DNA of 10,908 bases from Nitrosopumilus sp. (GTDB lineage: Archaea; Thermoproteota; Nitrososphaeria; Nitrososphaerales; Nitrosopumilaceae), in NCBI GenBank assembly GCA_965204345.1, contig CBDBEK010000004.1, positions 1 through 10,908 on the forward strand, written 5' to 3'. The notes beneath the pieces were generated by a model. It worked only from the letters and a program-made list of their open reading frames with translations. It did not search any database and was not told where the DNA came from. Shown here piece by piece: positions 1 to 6,695 of this stretch; the first letter of the stretch is position 1; each line of letters begins with the position of its first letter. Both the position numbers and the translations under genes were made by a program.

Positions 1-184
1 CATTTTCTAGTTTGATCAGTCCTTTTTCACTCATCTCATCAAGGTATTTCAAAAGTTTATCATACGATGTGTTTGATTTGTGTTGAAGTCGGGTCTTTGA
101 AATTTCATTATTATCTTGTTTTTCAATCAAAATTGCAGATATAACATCAAAATAAATTTGTAATTTACTTCTCTTATTTTTCAA
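1..184 (-). CDS. Winged-helix transcriptional regulator (HTH_45/COG3432-like), runs off the left window edge
   Basis: Not in the ORF track. TTG at 184-182 opens MKNKRSKLQIYFDVISAILIEKQDNNEISKTRLQHKSNTSYDKLLKYLDEMSEKGLIKLEN..., matching the archaeal 'RSKLxIxxDIL...KTxL...NxSY...YLxxLxxxGLI' pattern. TTTAAG TATA-like box about 30 nt upstream (218-213). Confidence 0.8.
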   Translation of the reverse strand, partial: MKNKRSKLQIYFDVISAILIEKQDNNEISKTRLQHKSNTSYDKLLKYLDEMSEKGLIKLEN

Positions 185-329
185 AGACTCTCAATGTAAA
201 TCATAAGTTAGGCTTAAAAAATGTTGAATACGGATATCAAACTATTTTTAAAAGAAAAACATTCAAACTATAGGTTTGCACGCCTGAGAAAAATTTGTGT
301 GGGACAACAGTCACACTACAGATACTCTC

Positions 330-353
330 CAGTGGCAACAAATGTTGCCACTG
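330..353. repeat. Perfect 11-bp inverted repeat (CAGTGGCAACA-AA-TGTTGCCACTG)
   Basis: Arms at 330-340 and 343-353 are exact reverse complements. GC-rich patch in AT-rich intergenic DNA. Function unknown. Confidence 0.85.
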
Positions 354-370
354 ACATAATTATGGCAAAA

Positions 371-565
371 TTATTCAGAATTAGATTTAGACTTAACCTT
401 TTTTTGAATTTCAATTATACATTGATGACAAATTATGGATTTATCAGACATACTAGATATGACATCATTATTTTGGAAATCAGAGTCATATGTGATACCT
501 ATAACCAATTTATTTGACCATACTTCAAAATCTTGTTTCTCTTTCCCACAAACAAAACAATTCAT
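371..565 (-). CDS. Small putative zinc-binding protein (64 aa)
   Basis: ATG start, CFVC near the N-terminus and CHQC near the C-terminus (two CxxC pairs). TTTAAA TATA-like box shortly upstream. Confidence 0.7.
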   Translation of the reverse strand: MNCFVCGKEKQDFEVWSNKLVIGITYDSDFQNNDVISSMSDKSIICHQCIIEIQKKVKSKSNSE

Positions 566-620
566 GAATTGGGTTAATTCATTTAAAACTTAAGGTTGAC
601 GATAAATAAAAAATTCAAAA

Positions 621-749
621 TTAACACATAACATCTTTACAATGAGGCATCATGAAAGTCACAATAATAAAACCACCAAATATGGTGATTCCCAAGGTCA
701 GAGATAGTCCCAGCAGTAAAGTTTTCGAGTCACCTAATTTCATCACCAT
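621..749 (-). CDS. Small single-pass membrane protein (42 aa; 40 aa from the ATG at 743)
   Basis: Below the ORF-track cut-off. Reads MVMKLGDSKTLLLGLSLTLGITIFGGFIIVTFMMPHCKDVMC*, with one clear hydrophobic helix. TATATTATAA box at 775-766, about 20-26 nt upstream. Confidence 0.6.
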   Translation of the reverse strand: MVMKLGDSKTLLLGLSLTLGITIFGGFIIVTFMMPHCKDVMC

Positions 750-834
750 AAGAATTTTTTTAAATTATAATATATCAGCAATATGAAAAATTATCACTAG
801 TGGTAAAAAAAGAGATTCAAATTTTTAGAATTGA

Positions 835-1017
835 TTAAAGATCATTGTTTAAACAAGATACAAGTTCATCACTATAATGACCAAATTGCTTCATACATGA
901 AATTATTAAATTTTCTAATTCACGCTCTTCAGAATATTCTATAGAATATTCAAATGCCACAGTTCCAACCACAATACTTAACAGAGCAATTAAAGGAATT
1001 ATCAGAATAAATCTCAT
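835..1017 (-). CDS. Small membrane-anchored/secreted hypothetical protein (60 aa)
   Basis: N-terminal hydrophobic segment (MRFILIIPLIALLSIVVGTVAF), then an acidic helical region with two Cys. Starts 5 nt after the argS stop, so probably co-transcribed. Confidence 0.65.
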   Translation of the reverse strand: MRFILIIPLIALLSIVVGTVAFEYSIEYSEERELENLIISCMKQFGHYSDELVSCLNNDL

Positions 1018-1022
1018 AAGGA

Positions 1023-2582
1023 TTACATTTTAGATGGAGCAGAAATTCCAAGTAAATCCAAAGATTTTTCCAACGTCAAATTAAAAGAATTGACCAAACA
1101 TATTCTAGTTGATTTTAAATCATCATTGGTTGAATCCAAAACTTTCACATGTTCATAAAATGAATTAAATGCAACAGCCAGATCATGACAATATCTAGCA
1201 ATTACTTTAGGTGCAAAATTATTTACAGCATCTCGAACCTGTAAATTGAAAAGGCCAATTATTTTCACCAGATCAATTTCAGATTTTTCTTTGAGCAATG
1301 AAAAATCAACATCAGTGTTAGGTTCAATTCCAGATTTTTCCAAAATTCTTGATGCTCTAGCATATGAATATTGAATATACGGGACAGTATCTCCTTCCAA
1401 ACTAAGAGATTTTGTTAGATCAAATGTTATTATTTTATCTAAATCTTGTTTAATCATTTCATAACGTAAAGTTCCAATTGAAACAGATTGAGCAATTTGC
1501 TCAATTTCAGAATCAGTCATTTCAGAATGTCGTTTTTTTGTTTCCTCAGTTATTTTTTGTTTTAAAAGTTCGCAAACAGAATCAGCACTCACATACAATC
1601 CTTTTCTACCAGACATCTGAGCTTGTTTACCATCAGTTTCTAGTCCAAGTGTTTTTGCAGTATTTGCACTTAATGTTACAGATTCATAGCCAAGATGAAC
1701 ATAGCTGTTAGGAATAGAATTGAATTTTTCCATCAGAGTGGTGATAATTTTTTGTAATCGTTCTTGACGAGAATCAATAACAGTTACTACTTTTTGTGCA
1801 GTAAAATTTTGAGAAGGTTGATTTGAATCATCCAAAGTAGTTTCCCAGAGAGTTTTTGATTCAGGTTGATGTGAGTTGTATATTTTATAACTAAATGGAT
1901 CTTCTAATAATCCCAATTTCCAAGCAGCATATGGGATATCTTTGGCAATGTAGGTAGCAGTGCCATTACTTCTAACAATTACTTTATCCTCATCTCAATA
2001 ATGATCAAACTTTTTTCCGTCAGGAGGTTCCAAATCATATCCAAGATGCCTGAATCCAACTATGATATCGGCTACTTGTAGTCCAGAATCATCAACATAG
2101 TTTAACACGTTGACCTTGTAGCTTGCTTTTTCCAAAATCCTAGATACGGTATCGCCAATTATGATATTTCGTATGTGACCAATGTGAAGGGCCTTATTTG
2201 GATTTACGCTGGTATGTTCAACTGTAATTACAGAATTATTGCCAATCCCAACATCGCCAAAAGTATCAAGGTACGACTCAGACAAAATCAACTGACTGAG
2301 TCTGTTCCAATTGGCAACAAAGTTAAGATATCCTGAGGCATGTGGTACAGAATTTAGCACCAGGGTGCTTGCACATCTGGAATATTTTTCAGATAGCATT
2401 TCAGAGATTTCTTTGGGGCTTTTTTTGAGCTGCTTTGCAAGGAGAAACGGAAGATTGGAACTGACATCTCCAAAACCAGTTTTTGCAGGTTCGACAGAAA
2501 ATGATACGTCTGAAACAGACAGATCAGATAAAATTTTGTTTAAGTTATTTTCAATTTCATCGATAATAGACTTGAATGTCAT
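1023..2582 (-). pseudogene. argS: Arginyl-tRNA synthetase, interrupted by an in-frame TGA (1995-1997) at an apparent internal deletion; possibly an assembly artefact
   Basis: The two track ORFs share one frame: ...PDGKKFDHY-TGA-DEDKVIVRSNGTATYIAKDIPYAAWKLGLLEDPF... The 5' part has the N-terminal Add1 domain, VEHTSVNPNKALHIGHIRN (HIGH) and NYVDDSGLQVA. The 3' part has QMSGRKG (KMSKS equivalent) and the DALR anticodon-binding domain (GDTVPYIQYSYARASRIL...FNSFYE...LLGISAPSKM). 520 codons in total, about 100 shorter than I recall for archaeal ArgRS. Confidence 0.9.
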
Positions 2583-2583
2583 G

Positions 2584-2625
2584 TTACATCTCAGATAGCT
2601 TGGGTGCTAATTTATCTAATGCCAT
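2584..2625 (-). other. Displaced original 3' end of the HAD gene, now a 13-aa mini-ORF (MALDKLAPKLSEM*) ending 1 nt before the argS ATG
   Basis: Minus strand reads ATG GCA TTA GAT AAA TTA GCA CCC AAG CTA TCT GAG ATG TAA C ATG(argS). ALDKLA is identical to residues near the end of the HAD ORF at 4512-5207. Confidence 0.8.
2606..2623 (+). repeat. 18-bp direct repeat, left boundary (att/TSD-like) of the insertion
   Basis: GCTAATTTATCTAATGCC, identical to 4534-4551. Confidence 0.92.
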
Positions 2626-2640
2626 AGCACTTCATAACTG

Positions 2641-2648
2641 TTTTATAA
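2641..2648 (-). promoter_or_regulatory. Candidate TATA box (TTATAAAA) inside the island end, facing argS
   Basis: About 60 nt upstream of the argS ATG. It also reads TTTTATAA on the plus strand, so orientation is ambiguous. Confidence 0.35.
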
Positions 2649-2755
2649 TCAGTATGCCTAGATAGGCTTTGAAACACCCAAGATTGTCCTCGTTAAATTT
2701 AAGAAAATTTTGAATTATGATAAGGATGCAATAATGGGATTGACCATTAAATGGT

Positions 2756-3275
2756 GATTTATTCAAAAATATCAAGACCAAAAAATATTCTAATTCAAGA
2801 AAGGCGAAATGAAATCTATGTCAGTAAATTCTGGAAGTAAAATTCAAGCAATTGAAGCAATGATGGTATGTATGACATTCAATTATGATGACTCAATACA
2901 TCCATTTTATGTAGAGGTTGTAAATATCCTAGATTCGGTGCAAAGCAACTCCTATCCACAAATATTAAGGATATTGTTGATGCTCCGCATATTCTCTTAA
3001 AGGTCCTAATCAAAAACAAATGGATGTACTAAAAATTATCAAAGACAATTCATGAAAGTTAACAAAAAAGAGATTGGAAAACTAGTTGAAAAAAAGGAAT
3101 TAATCAAAATTAATGTAAAAGAAAAAAATCATATCAGGATAAGATTTGCAAGTCTAGATAAAAATATCATCAGTTCTTAGAAGAACGAAGATTTGTTTTA
3201 GTAAATAAAATGGGTAGAAAGAAACGGATTGAAATTAGAGAAAAGAAAAGCAACGTTTCAGAAGTTTTAATTTAG
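2756..3275 (+). pseudogene. Degenerate DUF6293/HFX_2341-like (CARF-like Rossmann + winged helix) regulator, 5'-truncated with several frameshifts and stops
   Basis: Fragments in shifting frames: DLFKNIKTKK / ILIQERRNEIYVS / VNSGSKIQAIEAMMVCMTFNYDDSIHPFYVEV / KYPRFGAKQLLSTNIKDIV / KGPNQKQMDVLKIIKDNS* / KEIGKLVEKKELIKINVKEKNHIRIRFASLDKNII / LEERRFVLVNKMGRKKRIEIREKKSNVSEVLI*. Colinear with the thaumarchaeal family as I recall it (IYVNLASGSKIQAIACMMACM...PFY...RFASLDKNII.PL...EKIGR). Confidence 0.72.
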
Positions 3276-3346
3276 AATCAAAAAGTTTTCAAGACAAAAA
3301 GATTAAAAGTCAAATGTCATATACTAGGAAAATCACATATTTCTAA

Positions 3347-4246
3347 ATGGATGATATTAATGCACAGGTAAAAAAAGAAAATGAAATTGGACATAGTATC
3401 ATTCCTAATTCTGATGACTCAAAAATAAAATTTGAAGGTAGCATTCAAGATTTTCATATTTTTATTGGTCCAAAAATTAAAAACAATATTGCAACTCTCA
3501 CCAAACAGAAAAAAACAGATTTGAGATATATTTGTCAAGAATGCTTTCAAAAACATGAACTTGATGCTGCACATAGACATGGCACATCACGAAAGCAAAT
3601 AATTGAAAAAGTGCTTGAAAACTACAAAATTTTAGAAAATAGGGTAAAAATCGATGATTTGAAGAGAGTAAATGAGGAAATCATAAACGCCCATAAACCC
3701 ATTGATCGTGTTTTTAGATTTTTGTGTAAAAAATGTCATTCGGAATATGATCAAATTCCAAAAATCCAATCTATTTCAAAAAATATTTCCACTGAAAACA
3801 ATTCAAAACCAACATCTTCAAAGATTAGAAATTCAGATATCATCCCAAAACTAGGAGAAGTTTTTACAGAACAGCAACTCCACGATAAATTTCAAATCAG
3901 AAATACTGGAGGAATTAGACCTACTATAAAGAACAAATCAATTATTTTGATAAATTCATGTTTTTCAGAACGCCAGGGCGGATACAAAAACCATGTTGAT
4001 GAAAATGAAGGATTTGTTTATCATGTAGGAGAAAGTGAAGGAGAACAAGAATTTGTCAGAAATAATAGAAGTCTATTAGAATCAAAACAAAATGGAGTAA
4101 TTTTACTTTATTTTGAAAAGACCTCTAGAGATAAACTAATTTTCAGACATGTTCTTGAATATGATTCTTTTAGTTACAAAATACAAAAAAATTCTAAAGA
4201 CATAGATAGACGAGTAATAGTATTCAAATTGAAAATCATTTCCTGA
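3347..4246 (+). CDS. HNH-like zinc nuclease domain + SRA/YDG-like domain; candidate type IV (modification-dependent, McrA-like) restriction endonuclease
   Basis: N-half: CQEC...ELDAAH...FLCKKCHSEYD (CxxC / xAAH / LCxxCHxxxD pattern of HNH nucleases). Ser/Lys/Asn-rich linker. C-half: GEVFTEQQLHDKF...GGIRP...YKNHVD...FVYHVGESEGEQEFVRNNRSL...LLYFEK...LEY...RRVIVFKL, the pattern of bacterial McrA-associated SRA-like domains. Confidence 0.7.
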   Translation: MDDINAQVKKENEIGHSIIPNSDDSKIKFEGSIQDFHIFIGPKIKNNIATLTKQKKTDLRYICQECFQKHELDAAHRHGTSRKQIIEKVLENYKILENRVKIDDLKRVNEEIINAHKPIDRVFRFLCKKCHSEYDQIPKIQSISKNISTENNSKPTSSKIRNSDIIPKLGEVFTEQQLHDKFQIRNTGGIRPTIKNKSIILINSCFSERQGGYKNHVDENEGFVYHVGESEGEQEFVRNNRSLLESKQNGVILLYFEKTSRDKLIFRHVLEYDSFSYKIQKNSKDIDRRVIVFKLKIIS

Positions 4247-4511
4247 TTACTTTAAAACCTATTTTAATATTCTAAAGCATCACGTAATGTTTTTTGAATT
4301 TTCTTAATTGTGGCATAAAGACCTCATGCATTATATTGATTCATATTTTTCTCAATATCTTCAAATATCGCACAAATATTGAGTCTACCAGAGTTTTATC
4401 CTTTCCCATATCACGACAAAACAGATCATTGTTCAAATCCAAATACGTAATTTTCCCATTTAGAGTTTGTAAAGGAAATATCATCAGGTCATTTTTAGTA
4501 ACAAAAAACAA

Positions 4512-5207
4512 CTATTGATTCAAATCGATAAAGGCTAATTTATCTAATGCCTCAAGAACACCCTCTCCTGCACTAGCAGATACTGCCATAGTAGCCCGTG
4601 ATTTTACATAATCTGAAGCATTACCCAGTGCAACGCTTGTTTTTGAGACCTCAAACAGTGAGACGTCAGTGGCACTATCGCCAATGGCTATAACATCGTC
4701 TTTTAAAATTGACAGCCTCTCCATGATTTTGGTAAATCCAGTCCCCTTGTCAATTCCAGGGGAATTGAGGTGGTATGCATATTGGCTGTCAGATAATTTT
4801 ACATCAACGTGATTGTCTGAAAGAACCTTTCTTGCAAGATCCAAGTCAAAGGTTCTCTCCAAAACAACTTCAGTCATCCTAGGAAAGACAGGCTTTTCCT
4901 TGACATTCTCAACATTGTTTTTGATTATTTCTAATGCTTTTTTACATTCCCCAAGGTTGCCAAGCAAGATATGTTCATCAGAATCCAGCGTAATGCATCC
5001 GCCGTTTTCACCAACGGTAATTTTTGTGGTACCTCCAAAAACAGAAAGCAAAAAGCCTTCAACAGATGAGCGGCCAGTTACAAAGATAACATTATGGCCC
5101 ATGGCAGTCAAGCGTCTTAATGCCCCTAGTGCTTCAAGGTGAATTCTCCCTCCGCCGTTTTCAGTAATGGTTCCATCAATATCTACGGCAAATGTTCTCT
5201 TTTTCAC
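4512..5207 (-). CDS. HAD-superfamily (Cof/IIB) phosphatase, archaeal phosphoglycolate phosphatase type; last residues (FIDLNQ) supplied by the island
   Basis: Motif I FAVDIDGTIT, motif II VTGRS, GENGG, motif III IDKG, motif IV AIGDSATD, VALGNA. GTG start. Confidence 0.92.
   Translation of the reverse strand: MKKRTFAVDIDGTITENGGGRIHLEALGALRRLTAMGHNVIFVTGRSSVEGFLLSVFGGTTKITVGENGGCITLDSDEHILLGNLGECKKALEIIKNNVENVKEKPVFPRMTEVVLERTFDLDLARKVLSDNHVDVKLSDSQYAYHLNSPGIDKGTGFTKIMERLSILKDDVIAIGDSATDVSLFEVSKTSVALGNASDYVKSRATMAVSASAGEGVLEALDKLAFIDLNQ
4534..4551 (+). repeat. 18-bp direct repeat, right boundary of the insertion (within the HAD 3' end)
   Basis: GCTAATTTATCTAATGCC, identical to 2606-2623; encodes (E)ALDKLA on the minus strand. 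Confidence 0.92.
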
Positions 5208-5296
5208 AAAAATTGTTTTTAGAACCGAATAATATTTGCTACGTATCTAAAGTAATACGGTTTTATTTGAAAGAATGACACAAGAGATGAGCAGTA

Positions 5297-6406
5297 TTGG
5301 GAATTCCTGAAAAAATCAAGGCCATACAAGACGAGATGGCAAAAACCCAGATCAACAAAGCTACAGAACATCACCTGGGATTGCTCAAAGCAAAGATTGC
5401 AAAGTTGAAAAGAGAGCAGGAGGCTGACATTACCAAAAAATCAGGAATGAAGCAGGACGGATTTGATGTAAGGAGAAGCGGTGATGCCACAGTCGTATTT
5501 ATCGGATTGCCAAGTGTTGGAAAATCAACATTGCTAAACAAGATGACAGGGGCAAAATCCACGGTAGGTGCTTTTCAGTTTACAACACTTACAGTGGTTC
5601 CGGGAATGATGGAATATAGGGGTGCAAAGATCCAAGTACTAGATCTTCCAGGAATCATCAAGGGTGCATCCACAGGCAAAGGACTGGGAAAGAGAATCTT
5701 GTCAGTTGCAAGAAGCGCAGACCTAGTATTATTGGTGCTAGACGTGTTTCAGCCATATCATGAAGACGTGCTAGTAAACGAATTAGGAAACATAGGAATT
5801 AGATTAAATCAGTTACCGCCAAACATCACAATTGAAAAAGCATCCATGGGGGGAATTGCAATTGCACAGCAAGTTAAATTAACAAAAATTACGGAAAAAC
5901 ATCTCAAAGACATTTTGCATCTTTATGGAATAGTAAGTGCACGTGTGGTAATAAGGGAAGACCTCACCTCAGAGCAGCTATCAGACCATATTGCAGGAAA
6001 CATCAGCTATTCAAAGGCAATTACAATTTTAAACAAAATCGATTTAGTTGATCAGGCGTTCTTGAAAAATTTAAAAACAAAAATAAAATCAGAGGTGATA
6101 GAGGTATCTGCAAACTCGGATGTAAACATTGAGGTACTAAAAGAAAGAATATATGAAAAATTAAAATTTATCAGAATTTATCTCAGGCCAAAAGGAGGGG
6201 AAACGGATTTCAAGGAGCCGCTGATTGCAAGGGAGGGAGACACAGTTGAAGACATTTGTAACAAATTACACAGAAGGCTAAGACGTGAGTTTAGGTACGG
6301 CTTGGTTTGGGGCAAAAGCGTAAAATTTGGAGGACAAAGGGTGGGCTTGAACCATATTTTGATTGATGAGGATGTGTTAACAATAATCAAAAGAAAAGGA
6401 GCATAG
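5297..6406 (+). CDS. drg: DRG/Rbg1-family (Obg superfamily) ribosome-associated GTPase with C-terminal TGS domain
   Basis: TQINKATEHHLGLLKAKIAKL N-terminus, G1 GLPSVGKS, G2 FTTLT, G3 DLPG, G4 NKID, and TGS region (FRYGLVWGKSVKFGGQRVGLNHILIDEDVLTI). TTG start, divergent from the HAD gene. Confidence 0.96.
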   Translation: MGIPEKIKAIQDEMAKTQINKATEHHLGLLKAKIAKLKREQEADITKKSGMKQDGFDVRRSGDATVVFIGLPSVGKSTLLNKMTGAKSTVGAFQFTTLTVVPGMMEYRGAKIQVLDLPGIIKGASTGKGLGKRILSVARSADLVLLVLDVFQPYHEDVLVNELGNIGIRLNQLPPNITIEKASMGGIAIAQQVKLTKITEKHLKDILHLYGIVSARVVIREDLTSEQLSDHIAGNISYSKAITILNKIDLVDQAFLKNLKTKIKSEVIEVSANSDVNIEVLKERIYEKLKFIRIYLRPKGGETDFKEPLIAREGDTVEDICNKLHRRLRREFRYGLVWGKSVKFGGQRVGLNHILIDEDVLTIIKRKGA

Positions 6407-6695
6407 CAGTATCAGAGATGGATCAAAAAATGATCAGCAAAGGCAAGTAAAAAACGAGATAACAAAAAAGACGCAACTGGAATTAAAAAAACAGCTTTTG
6501 CAAGCACAAAAAAGAGTTCAAGCTGCATGTTACATTAGAACAAGAAATAACAAGACATAATCAAAGACAAAAAACAGATCGGATAAATAACGATCAAGGG
6601 AGAAAATTATGAAAAACTACTTGACAAATAGTAATCAATTTGTGTAAATTTCTTTAGTTTAACCACTGAAAAACAATGAAAATATCGATTTTAGC

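Larger units (their letters stand above)
2606..4551. mobile_element. Small integrated island/cassette (1,928 bp repeat-to-repeat) in the 3' end of the HAD gene; no integrase or transposase present
   Basis: Perfect 18-bp flanking direct repeat that duplicates coding sequence. Removing one repeat plus the interior restores a HAD-argS operon with a 1-nt gap. The interior is more AT-rich than the flanking genes and holds accessory or decayed ORFs. No terminal inverted repeats seen. Confidence 0.82.

Noticed and set aside
221-517. 98-aa plus-strand ORF
   Set aside because: Overlaps the more convincing CxxC ORF on the opposite strand and has no recognisable motif.
1995-1997. Selenocysteine or alternative-code read-through of the argS TGA
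   Set aside because: It coincides with an apparent large deletion. Trp is TGG elsewhere and TGA ends the 3347-4246 ORF. No SECIS-like element recognised.
4264-4518. 74-aa plus ORF (4294-4518) and a minus-strand stop-riddled frame (4264-4488, PDDISFTNSKWENYVFGFEQ*...TLRDALEY*) as an integrase remnant
   Set aside because: No tyrosine- or serine-recombinase motifs. It may be a decayed cargo fragment, but I cannot assign it.
2624-4533. Casposon or IS element with target-site duplication
   Set aside because: No terminal inverted repeats inside the direct repeats, and no cas1, polB or transposase.
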